DNA from: the human T2T-CHM13v2.0 reference genome, Homo sapiens
Reading direction: 5' to 3' (one strand)
Assembly (NCBI RefSeq): GCF_009914755.1
Contig: NC_060934.1
DNA: 64,000 nucleotides
The stretch's first letter is position 1; every line of letters begins with the position of its first letter. The position numbers and the translations under genes were made by a program. Below the pieces are notes generated by a model, which did not search any database, was not told the origin of the DNA, and saw only the letters and a program-made list of their open reading frames with translations. Positions 23,071-35,448 of this stretch are shown piece by piece.

Positions 23071-26000
23071 ATGAAAACTCACCCTAGTCCTGGGATTGGG
23101 CTGGTTTAATTTCATTTTTGAAGTCAATTCAGTTTTACATGCACTTATTGAGTGATTCCTGTGTCCCTCCCACATTAATCCTGCTCTGAGCCCAGGGTCA
23201 GCCACTCAAGTCTCACTGGAGGGGGGCAAGCAGAGGAGACCTTTGGCCAAGGACAGTCCCCCACACAAGGTAAGGCTGAGGTGAGCACCCATCAATAGTT
23301 CCCTACTGCTTAATACCCTGAGGGGGCTCAGCTTTGCATAGGAGCTAAGCATATGTAATGATCTGTGCATATGTAATGACCTGCACATATGTAAATGACA
23401 CACCATACAGAAGTAAATGAGCTCAGTCCCACCTCCTCTACAACCTCTCCCTTAGAGACCATCATCGGAGCCTCACGGTAGAACCTATTTGTACAAAAAC
23501 TTACTCTGGTAATATTATTTGATGCTAGAGGAAGCCTCTCTGGTGAAAATGTGAAACCTTTTGCCGGCTGGTTTGCAATGTGTTTCAAGTTGATTGCTGC
23601 CATCTGACATAGCAAGTTCATTAGACACATTTCATCTCTCTAAGTAAATGGATATTGGCGACTTCGTCTCACCCCAGTAACAAATGCACTGGAGGCATGA
23701 GAAGCCCGCACCTGCGGCAGTTCCATCCTGGCTTCCATAAAACGCCCTGGGAGAGGCTGTGTCTTCCTCGGGGCGGCCCAGAGGGCCCAAAGCGATCCTG
23801 GCACATGCTCCGGAACCTGTGTAAAGTGGCTCATTTTCATGCACAAAAATGAGAGGAGAAAAAGGTTTTTTAATATTAATGAAACCGTTGCTATAACATC
23901 TACAGCGCGCCAGTATGAGTATCATGATTAAAAATTGACTTCAACTTAGAGCCAGCTGTAAGCCTCATTGAATTTTTATGGGTGTGTTGACTAAGTCACC
24001 CCGGGCTAAGTCTTCTGGTGTTGATGATAATATCCTGGTCTCCTCTCCAAAAATCCATTGGAACTGACCGAGCGTCTAGCACCGCCGCCCACTGGCCAAG
24101 TCAGCTGGGTCGATACCTGCCAGGCTGCTGGCTGGGCTCTGCTCCATGGACACACTGATCCGCTGACATGAATGATTTGTCTGTAAAACCCAAATTACCG
24201 TTTCACTCAAAGTAACACTTATAATTTTTGTCTCCCTGATGATGCTGGCCTGATCCATAATAGCCCCTTGGGGGACACCAAGCCTGGTGGTGCAAGGGAC
24301 TAGGAGGGAAGCCAGAGACGGCTGGGGTTTGTGGCCCCAAAGCCTGAGGGCTGGGGCCAGGGACATGACGACCCAGCAGCTCCTGGAAAGGCAGCAGGCA
24401 TCCACAGGATTCCAGAGGCAACATTCTTACCCCCTTCTGTTATTGCTGACGCAGTCCATCTGCCACGCGTTTGAAGGGACAATTCTCTCCTCCATATGAG
24501 AATAGGATCTGCATTGCTTTGCGTCTTAAATGTTAGAATGTGTTTCCCATAATATTGTTTTCTCTTTCCATCACTCAGCACCAGGCTGGCAAGGCCAGCT
24601 CCTTGCCCTCAGGAGCTCACAGGGAGAGGAGAGATCACCGTGAGGTGCAGGCTGAGCCATGGAAGAGGGTTGTGAACACAGACAGAGTCGTGAAAGCCCA
24701 GGGAGGAGGCTGTCCCAAAGGAGACTTTTAGAGGAGAAAACCTTTGTTACGGGTTTGAATACTAGAAGCTGGCCAAGCCAAGGACTCAACATCTAAAAGG
24801 CATGCAGGGAGAAGAGGCCTGTGTTTCTGAAAAGTGGGAGATAGAGTAACTGGATGAGGCACGATGGGGAAAGGGGGATGGGGGACAGTGAAACTGTGAG
24901 GCCTCAGCTGCCAGGCCCATGAGTGCGAAGCCCACCCTTCCACCTCCCCGGAGGGGAAGCCAGCAGAGGGCTCCTGGCCCAGGGAAAAACTGCCAGCCTC
25001 TGGGGTGACGTGGGGACCAGGGCAGGAGGGCAGCGAACAGCTGACACCTGGGCCCAGGGGAGCACAGAGGTGGGGCGGGGAGGGGTGAGGAGGGGAGGAG
25101 TGGGGAGATGCAGGACAGGGAGGGGCAGTGTGGGGGAGGTGGGGCAGGAGGTAGGAGAGGGGCGGGGCCCCCGACCACCCTTTCCAGGTAGCTCCTTGGC
25201 AGGGTCCGAAGCACCTGTACCTGGCATGGAGGCCGCAGTCTATGGGGGGCTGGGGCTTATCGGGTCCCAAGGCCTCAAGGGTCACTGAGCTAGAGGCTGT
25301 CTGGCTTCTCCCTGGAGCTGGCACTGGGGCTTCTGGAATTCTGGAGGTTCAGCTGCAAGCCGTGGGCCCCCTGTCTCCCTCCCGCTGCCGGGAAGCCCAG
25401 GAGCTGGTGACGGTGCAGGAAGGTCGCCACCTCCTTGCTCTGGAACTGAGCAGCGCTGGCCCCACCTGGATGTCGCCTGGGTGTGGCACTCATCTGGAAA
25501 TTCCACTTTAAGCAGCGTGAGGAACGGGCTGTGGAGGGAGACTTGTGACCAGGGCTGGACCATGCTGTCATTCTGCCCCTTCGCTCCTTCCAGAGCTCTG
25601 CCGTGGAGCAGGTGTGATCTGAGGAACTGTGTAGCCCCAGGTGGCTCCACCAGGCCCCTGGAGAGCTCAGCTGCAGAAACTGGAAGAATGAACCAAGGGC
25701 CGTAGGGGCAGAGGCCTGCAGCCTGGGTGTTCTGACATGGACAGCGCCTGGGACAGCTGGGAAGGCCTGCGTGTGTCTCAGGAAGGCTGTTTCTGGGCTG
25801 AGATCCTGACCCCGACGGCACGTACATGAGCAGGGACACAGGCGCCCACCTGCTCCACTCTGCAGGAACGCAGGTCAAACCCTGGGATGGATGTGGTGAT
25901 GGGTGCAGTGACAGGTGCAATGACAGGTGTGTTGCTGAAGTGACATGAGAGCCGGGGCCGGTCTGGACCTACTTGGTGAGGCCCAAGAGCAGGGCGTCCC

Positions 26001-27652
26001 CTGGGCCGGAGCCACTGGTGCCATCTGAGTCAGAACCAGAGTGGGTGGAGCGGCAGACGGGTTGGCAGCCAGCTCAGCGTCCTGCTGCCTCCTCAGTGCT
26101 CACCCCACGGGCTGGAAATGGTGCCCAGCAGGAACCTGCGGGGCCAGACGGACACAGAAGGAAGGACAGCAAGAGGTGGGATGGTGGCCTTGGGGAAGGT
26201 GCAGCTGGGGGCACAGAGCCTGGCCCCTCAGGACAGGGAGGCCACAGATGAACCCACCTGCCTCTATCCAGGCCCTCACAAAGGTCCCCCACTGTGCAAA
26301 GGCTGCACTAGCCATCAGAACAGCAGTGGGTGGGTGAGAAAGGGGCTGAGAGGAGGCCAGGCCACCTGCCTGAGTCTGGCCAGCCCCCAGGCCTGAGTGA
26401 AGGAGGCTGGGTCTGAGCGCCAGGTGTGGAGGGCACAGGGCTGAGCGGGCTTACTCAGGGCCTCCGTGGTGCAGGCACTTGCCAGAGGCACCCACACAGC
26501 TCTGGACACCACAAAGCCGTTTTCCACAAAGCCAAAGGCCTTTGAAACCCCAACCGGCTCCCTCAGTAGAAGACTCACTCACGAAACCTAGACTTGAAAA
26601 ACATCAGGAAGGAACTTTGGCTGCTGATTTTCTTTTAATTTGTGATTTTAGGGCAATTATTTTATACAGCTGTTGATTGCTCTGTGTTAGGGAGGAAGAG
26701 AGAGGCCATTCGAAGGAGGTGCCCTGGGTCCAGCCTCAGCCCTGGGCAGGAGGGAGGGCGTCAGCCTGGGGGTGGTCAGGCATCAGAAGTCGTCGTTTCC
26801 CCAGGAGCCCCCACGCCTGGAGTTAAAACAGATGCGCCATGTCAGGTGCCAAGGCTGAACTTTAAACAGCCTCAAGAACAGCACGTTGAAGTGCAGTGGT
26901 GACGTGATGTGGAAACTCTGGCATGTTGAAATAAAATCCATCTGGTTACTGTAAAGATCAAATCTGAGTTTTAAAAACCCCCTTCACATTTTTGTTCATG
27001 CGAAGGCAGAAGGACTTCAAATTCTTCCAACCTGCCTTACAGATCTCCTTAAGGAAAAGTTGAAGGGATGTGTTCTTTCCCTCTTGGTATCGTTTAGAAG
27101 TAACAATGGTTGTTGCCTCCAGGACTTCAGCACGACCATAGCAGGTGCCATGACCTGCCTGGCCCTGCCACCTGGGTGGGACCCCAGCGCCCCCTAACTC
27201 CCAGCCCGGCCCCTGAGACCTCAGCTTGCCATGAGAATGGCCCTCCTGCCTCTTCCCTCTTCTCTCCCCAACACAAAAAATCCACCAGACCCAAAGATCA
27301 ATGAGTCAAAACAGCGGCAGAGGAGGAAGGCAAAAGCTACTGTGGATGCAGTTCCTTGCTCTGTGATTTGGAGCCTCTGAATGTGCCATCTCTGTTTATT
27401 TCGTAGGCTTTTAAAATATTTTGCTGCCAAAATCTTCTATAGAAGATTTGTAATTTTAACACAGGCCCCTAAATCATTCCACGTATTGATCACAAAGAAA
27501 AGCGAACTGTGACATCTCTTTGGTCACACCTCCGCTGGCTCACTCGTAATCCCGGGGATGCGGCTGTTTTGTAAGTAAACAGGGAGGGAGGGAACTGACT
27601 GCTTGGAGCCAGGAACAGCACTGTCCATTTAAACGATCATCATCCGTCTAAA

Positions 27653-27795
27653 GCAGTGATTCTCAGCCAAAGACAGTTCCCCCCAGGGGACATCTGGCAG
27701 TGTCTGGAGGACACTCTGGTTGTCACCCCTGAGGAGGGGGTTGCTGCTGGCTTCGCATGAGTGGAAGCCAGCCATGCAGCTCAACATTCTGCCAC
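27653..27795 (+). mobile_element. MER20 (hAT-Charlie) partial
   Basis: CAGTGATTCTCA...CCCCCAGGGGACATCTGGCAGTGTCTGGAGGACACTCTGGTTGTCAC matches the recalled MER20 5' half. Confidence 0.85.
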
Positions 27796-30700
27796 TGCAG
27801 CCTGGCATCCCCTGCTGCCAGGAACCACGCAGGGAGGCACTGCTCCACGTGGAAACCTGGAAGGAAGGCTTCCTTCGTCTCTCAGAAACACAACTCGCTG
27901 GCATCACCCTGGAACCCAAAACGTGAGGTTTTTGTTTAGCCATGAAGAATGTCTGCTTCTGCAGATGCACACAGGCAGCTCACACGCACACACGCACGTG
28001 CACAGACGCCCACGTGGGTGTAAACGTCATGCACTTTCACACCCCAACCTTGGCCTCGCCCATATTTGGCCACATACCGGGCAGGCAGGCCGGCTGCCGT
28101 CGTCTGATTTGTCAAGCGGCTCCCCTGTGCCTTATTCTACCTGGTACATCGTCTCGACTCCCTTGGGGCTGTGTTTTTCGGAAGACATCAGTCTCACACA
28201 AACCCATCCCAGGAGGACAAGTGATCCCAATGATTGCATCGTTGTTTGAGAAAGAAGAAAAATTCACAGCCGCCCTTCACAGTGTGCTCAGAGTAAGTTG
28301 CTGGCTCAGGCGTCAGGACCCATGGCCTCTGTTTCTCCAGGAGGTTCTCTGCTCACAGTGTGCTCAGAGTCGTCGCCGGCTCGGGCATCAGGACCCATGG
28401 CTTCTGTTTCTCCAGGAGGTTCTCTGCTGAGGGAGGAGATATACATGCGTGATTCCCAGCACTATAAAAACATCAACATTCAACTTCATTTTTTTAGGAA
28501 AGAGAATTTTTTTAAGCCTATTGGAAGTTTGAGATAAATTTCAGGAACGCCTCCAGAACTGGATACATCTGTGTCTGGTGCTTCTGGAAGAATCTGACTG
28601 TCACAGGGCACGGGGCACATTTGGGGTGGAGCGTAATTAAATTAGCCCTGTCTGGGGACTGTTCTGAGGATGTCTGAGGGATAAGCTGTACAGATGAAAT
28701 GTCAATATTTTAATAACTTTCCTTGAAAAAAATATTGCCGTGTAATTCTCTCTTGGTGCGCTCTCAGTGGCTCGTTCTGTCCCTGCGGAAGTCGGCCTGG
28801 AGGAGTTATGGTTTTAGCTATTGATTCCCTCCCTGCCCCCTTCCCCCAACACCATGGGTTGGGACGAGAAGCAAAGTTAAACCGGGGTCAGACACATGGG
28901 AGGCTCCAAAAGCCATTCGCAGTCCGGTCTATTTTCCACCTCGGTGACGAGAAGATCACCAGGCTTCTGCCGCTCCACTGGATTTAAAATAGCTGTGGCA
29001 GCAAAGCAAGTCTCCTCCCACAACACACCCCCCCGAGAACCCGCTGCAGTGAACTGAAAGAATCAGAGCAAACCCCCAGTGTCTCCCCAGCCTCAAGAGC
29101 TCACCAGTCAGGACGTGGCAGCGCCCGCCTCCTGAATCACTCCCGCTGGGGTTCTCTCTGGCAACGCAAAGCACAGCACAGAAGCAGGACGAGGCCCCAG
29201 CCTCAGCGGTCAGCGAAGAAAAGACCAGCCTGCAGCCCCCACACTCTGTGGGGCCTCCCTGAGCTCGCTCCAGACCCCGAGGCCCCAGGTGTCATGAAGG
29301 CAGAAGCACACCCACTCCCCAACGCCCCAGTGGGCTGAGCTCAGTGGCCCGTGCAGGGCCTGCTCCCAGCCTGGGATTCTTGCCTCTTCTGTTTCGCCCC
29401 CACTCCCAACAAGGTGTTCCTGAGACCACCCCACAGACACTGATCCTTGTCTGGAATCTGCTTGTGGAGAAGCAAACCAGCAAAAGATATCACAGGGTGG
29501 GCAGCAGGCTCAATAAAACTCACCACATCTTTAATGGCTTAAGGACAAGGTCCCACAGCTCCTACTTACTCCCACGTGAGCAACCGAGAGACTAGAAGGA
29601 GAATATGATCCACAGCATGTGCCCTTCCACTCAGATTCCAAAACTAAGAAAGAAAAAACCCTTTTGTGCCTGAGTCAGCAGAGGGGGGACCTAAAGGCTT
29701 TGCCTTCTGGGGATGGGCAGACAGGAAGCCTGGTCCCACCTACAAACAGGCAAGCAGAAAGGAAACGGACGTGGGCCTCTGTGTCACCACCTCAGGGCCA
29801 GGACGCGGCTGCAAAGGACCCATGGAGAGCAGCGGAGCGGCTGCGAAGGACCGGTGGAGAGCGGCAGAGAGGCAGGCCCCGGCATGGAAGCCGCTCCTCG
29901 CTCAGCTGGGGGCTGAACCTGTGTCTGCAGCTGGGAGCTCTGGCCTGAGGAGGGAGCACTTGGCTTCTCGATGGGACTGGGTGAAAACGAGGGTTCAAAG
30001 TTCCTAGAAAAAAAGGTGGGAGTGGAGAGGAGAAGGAGGGAGAGAGAGCAAATGAGGCAGCAGGACCCTCCTAGGAGCAGGGCTGGCCCAGGGCGCAGGC
30101 TGCATTTCCACAGGCCCCTCCACAGAGAGGCGAGGGTCCCACAGGCACCCACTTCCTTCTCGGTGCTGGCTGGGCGGCTGCACAGTGACGGCCCGCCTCC
30201 CCTCTCTGGCAGAAGAGAGGACAATTCCAGGAGCCTCCCGTTCCTGCCTCCATCCAGCATGGGGGCCACCAACCCTCCAGTGCAGGCATTTCCCACTCAG
30301 CCCAGGCCGCTGCCTTCCTCCTCAACTCTCTCCAGCCGGAGTTGGGGGCGAATTGAAACCAGCCTCTCCGGTGGCCACGTCTTTGAGGACCATGGAATGG
30401 TTGCTGCAGACAGGCTTTCTTGAGATGGCAGTTGTGATTTCCTTGGGACAGTCAAGTTCAGTGTTGCAGAATCATTACTGTGGTGCTGTGATTCAGTCAT
30501 TCGGATTGTTCCATAACTATAATGCAAAAAGCAATCATAGACGGATATGTAGGAGACTAAAAATAACCAGGAACACACGCCAGCCTTATCTGAAGGCGGA
30601 TGACAAGAGCTGTGCTGATAGGATTTCCCCTGCATTTTATTTATTGATTTGTCTCAAAAACAAAGGCATAAACATTGCAAATACCTGACATTATGCCCTT

Positions 30701-31389
30701 AGAGAGGGAAGGAGAATCACACCTGAGCAGAGGTGTCATGACGGCAGAAGCACATGCACTCCCCAGCTCCCACGCTCGTGCCAGACCCTGCAGAAGCTGC
30801 CAATGCAACCGCATTTCTCATTGATTCTTAGGCCTCTCCTGTGACACAGCACAGCTCTTCCTCCGCCGGACTCACAGGTATGGAACGTGGCCATACGCAC
30901 CCCCTCTGACCTTGCATGCTCCAGTTCCACGAGAGCCACTCCAGCACAAAGACTCCTCCAGGGGGAGACTTGAGAGAGGCCAAGACAGGATGGGAGAGGG
31001 TTGGGGGCAGGGACAGAGACAGTCTGGAAACAAACAAAGACTTCCCCTCCAAACAAGAACAAACAAATGCTATTTGTTCAGAGCCAGCTAGCAAGAAGTG
31101 GGTTTGATGGAGACTCGGGGCAGCAGAGGACTGGGAGAGCCTCATAGTGGAGACACAGGAAGGTCTCGGGCATGGACGGAGGGAGGCTGATGGCCAGAAG
31201 ATAGGAGAGTGGAAAACAAGCAAGCTTCCACCTGACCAGCTAGGGGGACACAAGGGGCTTTCTCTAGTTGGCCCCAAGTTGGAAGCAGAGACTATGGAAG
31301 TTGTCAGTTATTGATCAAGACCTGGCCATTTTGAGCCTACTATTACAGAAGATACTGTTGAGCTTCCTGCACTGGTTGTTAGAGACATT

Positions 31390-32490
31390 GGTCTGACTTC
31401 CTACCAGACTGATTGGTACGTAGCAGGCAGGCTCCTGGGCTGATCACTGTAGACAGCAGGCTGGCTTCCTAGGTTGGTTAGTGTAGATGGCGGGCTGGCT
31501 TCCTGGTGTTGGAAACAAATGCTCGGTGCCACAAAGAAGAACCTGCACTCAGACAAAAAGTTTTCTCGGCAAGGCAATTTACTTCTGCAGAAGGATGCTG
31601 CCTGCATCAGCCACGATTGCAAGAGTACAATGAACAAAGGAGAGAAGGGTTTTTATCCCTAACACAGTTCCTGTTTCTGTGTCCTTTCTCCATTGGCTGG
31701 AGTCAGACCACACAATCCAAACTAACCAGATTGGCTAAGACTTAAACTTTTCCAAATATGACTAAGACTTTAACTTTTCTAAATATGGTAAACGTGCAGC
31801 TTGCTAAGAGAGGAGGAGAAGGAGAGACTGTCTGTTGCTAAGGTGGGAAGGGTTGTCTACGAACAAGTTCAAGGCATGTCTGGGCATGTCCAGGTATGGT
31901 AAAGGGTTGTTTATAGAATAAGAGGTTTGCTAGTTATAGATCAAGCTGAGGAACAAGGGTTTGTTACAGTTCAAGCAGAAGGGGGGCCAAGGAGTCTTTG
32001 AAGAGGAATGTATTGTCCTTAACATTGGGCTGGTTAGTGTAGATGGTAGATTGGCTTCCTGGGCTGGTTAGTGTAGATGGTATACTGACTTCCTGGGCTG
32101 GTTAATGTGGTAGACTGGCTTTCTGGGCTGGTTACTGTAGAAGACAGACTGGCTTCCTGGGCTGTTTAATGTAGAAGACAGACTGGCTTCCTAGGCTGGT
32201 TAGTGTAGATGGCAGGCTGGCTTCATGGGGTGGTTAATGTAGACGGTGGACTGGCTTCCTGAGTAGGTTAGTGTAGATGACGAGCTGACTTCCTGGGCTA
32301 GTTAGTGTAGAAGACAGTCTGGCTACCTGGGCTGGTTAGTGTAGATGGTGGGCTGGTTTCCTGGGCTGGTTAGTGTAGATGGTGGACTGGCTTCCTGGGC
32401 TGATTAGTGCAGATGGCAGGCTGGTTTCCTCAGCTGGTTAACATAGATGGTGTGCTGGCTTCCTGGGCTGGCTGTTGTAGATACTTTGCT
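31390..32490. repeat. 34-36-bp minisatellite (GGGCTGGTTAGTGTAGATGGTGGACTGGCTTCCT) interrupted by an LTR
   Basis: About 3 units left of 31507 and about 13 right of 32024. Confidence 0.92.
31507..32024 (-). mobile_element. ERV1 (MER4-group-like) solo LTR; subfamily not assigned
   Basis: TGTT...AACA termini, TSD CTGG/TTGG; on the minus strand two CCAAT boxes, a GATAAAA TATA-like box and an AGTAAA poly(A) variant in LTR order. Confidence 0.85.
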
Positions 32491-32713
32491 GACTTTCTTG
32501 GTTGGGTACCATAGACAGTGGGCTTCCTTTCTCCAAGAGGTACCTTTGCTGCCCACAGTGGCAAGTCCAGGGTGGGCAGGGAGGAGAGATGGAGGGAGAC
32601 AAGTTCCTCTTCTGACTCTCTGAACCCCAACCCAGTCATCTCTGAGTCCACAGGACCCCACCTGTGGAGCCAGTGGTCTCCTCCTTTTGTCTAAGTTACC
32701 ACTGGGCTCCTGG

Positions 32714-32732
32714 TTGCCAGCAGGGGGCCCTC
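32714..32732 (+). promoter_or_regulatory. Candidate CTCF site
   Basis: TTGCCAGCAGGGGGCCCTC fits the core CCASYAGRKGGC; motif only, no occupancy data. Confidence 0.4.
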
Positions 32733-33609
32733 TGCGAGAGACAAGAGAGACGTGCTTGTCCCCAGGCTGGTGGCCCCGGGCTGTGTGATGATTGCAGCAT
32801 TTGGGAGAGCGTGTGTCGCCTTCCACAGGTTTCCATCTTAAACAACCAGAGGGGCCCTGCAGTGGGGGCCAGTGCAGCTGGTGGTGGAGTGCAGACGAGG
32901 GGGCAGATCACCGCTGGGGAGCAGCAGCTGCCCTCTCAGTCCCAGCCTGCCCTGCACCCTGGTGAGGTTTCTGCACAGCGACATTTCTTCTTGACAATTC
33001 TGGCATTCAGTTTCAGATCCACAGTCGTCCCTGGAGATCTCAGTTTTCTCTGGGACTGGCTGCCCCAACCACGCCAACAATGCAGGTGTTTCAGCCTCGG
33101 GTCTGAGACACAAAACCAAACGCAGTGAGGAGGAGAGTGAGATGCCAAAGTCCTTCCTAAGGAGTACCTGACCCCAGCCCTACCCCTGCCTGACCCCACA
33201 GAGAGCACACGCAGCTCAGCCTGCAGGAAGGGCCCAAGGCCTGTGGGAGTTCCAGGCGTCCAGCTTCGGCCTCCTGACCTCTGCTCCACTTGTCCTCCAC
33301 CACCTGACCCTTCAACAGGGCAGGCAAGAGGGCACTGCGGGGGTCCCACAAAGGCAAAGCTTCTGTGAAACCACAGAGCCTCCAGAGCTGAGAGTCGTCC
33401 AGGTCAGGAATCCTAACCAGTGTATCTTCTCCCAGGGATTGCTGCCTTTCTGTTGCTATTTGGTTTTGTTTGGTTTGGATTTTTGTCTCCTCCTGAGAAT
33501 CACTGTTATAAATATCCAGGAATTTCTACAAAACCTCTGGGATGAGAATGCCAAACACCTATGTGCTATTGCTAGGCCATAGAGGAGAGGCAGCCAAATT
33601 CCTGGAGTG

Positions 33610-33639
33610 CATGAATGAATGAATGAATGAATGAATGAA
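33610..33639. repeat. (TGAA)n tetranucleotide repeat, probably an L2 tail
   Basis: ATGAATGAATGAATGAATGAATGAATGAA. Confidence 0.9.
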
Positions 33640-35254
33640 GGCATTATCTGTGTCCCTGTGAGGTGGAAAGGGGACAGTACTTTGCTCCTCCATTAGCCTG
33701 GAGGGGCTGGATGTCCACTAGCCTGCAGGGTCCTGGGAAGCCTGGCCAGCCTTGTCATCTTCATGGTCCCCACATGCATTCACCCTCCATTGACTGCCTC
33801 CCTTTCCTCCCCAAACCGCTCCCTCCCCAGAACAAGATACACTTCGGGTACTGACAAGCAACCATACACTTTTTATTTAAAATAATGAGAAGATGTTGTT
33901 ATTCTGGGGGGTTATAAATGGTGCTACCTCAGCAGCCCCAGAGCTGCTCTTGGAGCTGAGCTCTCCCTGTGACGTCCCGGCCCCCCACCAGCTTCCAAGG
34001 CCTCTCCATCTCCACGACTGTCACCATCACTGCCCCCAGCACAGAGGGCTCCTGGGGCTCTCTGCTGACCACTCAGAAGCACAACCTAAGTGCTCTTGAC
34101 TGCCCCTCTGACTGAATCCACTGAGGTTCTCTGTGGGGGCTTCACGTTCTACCTGGTAGAGGGGCCTCCCCACAGCACGGAGCTCACTCACCAGGACAAC
34201 ACTCTGGGTGACCACTGCAGCCTCAGTGGAGCCACACCTTCCCCACAAGGATGTCCAGGGAGGCCTGGCCACTGAGGCAGCACACAGGACCCAGACGGTC
34301 TTCCCTAAGTGGGAGGGTCGGGGCAGGGAGCTGTGCTCCAGGGAGTGACCAACCAACCATCCAAGTTCCAGAGGCACTGAGGGGCTTCCCAGGACTTCAG
34401 ACCCACAGTGCAAAAACGGAGACAGTCCCAGGCAAATGGGACAGTGGGTCACCTTAGCAGGTCCTATCCCATCTCTCCTGGGTCAAGGCTGAGGGACCCT
34501 GCACTAATCCTAAAGCCTGAGGGGGTCACCCCAGGTCCCCCACCATACACATCCATTCACACACACCTCTCCCAGCAACCTTATTCCTCCAGCCTCAATC
34601 GAAAGGCCGTAGATGTGGAGCTGGGGCCAAAGACACCCCTGCTGCCACTGAGCCTCACAGCCACAGCCCCAAATCCGTGGCCATTCAGAGCCAGGCACTG
34701 TCCACAGAACAAAGACCTGTGCATTCCTTGCTAATTAGTCCACCTTTCAGTGTGCAGAGTGCAGCATCTTTAACTTCCCAAGGAGCAAATGGAGCCAATT
34801 AATTCAGCAGGAGGAGACCAAATCAATTTCCCAAACAGCTTGTTATAGGACTTGCAACTTCACAGACAAATCTCATGCCTCCACCTAACCCACCAATCAT
34901 CCTCGTGTCCAAACAGCCTCGCCATTAACATCAGAGCCACTTGCCTCTTTTTGTGCATAACCCACTACCTCAGACGCTGGGAAGAACTCAAACTAGGACT
35001 GACTGGTGAGTTCTTCCCAAGACTCACTCTCTAGAGACCTAAATCCTGGCCCTGTCCAACCAGGGGATGAGGAGAAGCCTTCTTCAGGAAGTAATGACCT
35101 GGACCGGCCAATCTCAGTTGACCTTGTCTTCTTTAGAGAGAATTGTCTCCAAGTCCAAATCCCATGTAAGACTTTTGTCCTCCCCAGGGGAGTACGCTGT
35201 GCCCAGAGCAGTGGATCCCAGATGTCCACAGGCTCAGGTTAAAATCCAAGCGGA

Positions 35255-35448
35255 ATCACTCAATGTCAGAACTACTGACATTTGGGCCGCATTGTTCTGC
35301 ACTGGGAGAGCTGCCCTTACACTGTTGAGTGGCATCCCTGGCTCCACCCACCACATGGCAGGAGCACCCCCCACTAGTAACAGCCAAAACCACCCAGAGG
35401 CATTGCCCGATGTCTCCCAGGGGCAGAATCGTGCCACTGAATTGGACT
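35255..35448 (-). mobile_element. MER20 (hAT-Charlie)
   Basis: ACTACTGACATTTGGGCC...GCATCCCTGGCTCCACCCAC...CATTGCCCGATGTCTCCCAGGGGCAGAATCG is the reverse complement of MER20. Confidence 0.8.

Noticed and set aside
25736-25748. REST/RE1 right half-site CATGGACAGCGCC
   Set aside because: The left half (TTCAGCAC) is absent; a half-site alone is insufficient.
27629-27970. 113-aa ATG-initiated minus-strand ORF
   Set aside because: Its C-terminal part is antisense MER20, I recognise no homology, and the length is expected by chance at this GC content.
31390-32490. Regularly spaced 30-44-bp repeats (here and elsewhere) as a CRISPR array
   Set aside because: Units are head-to-tail with no unique spacers, there are no cas genes, and the DNA is clearly primate.
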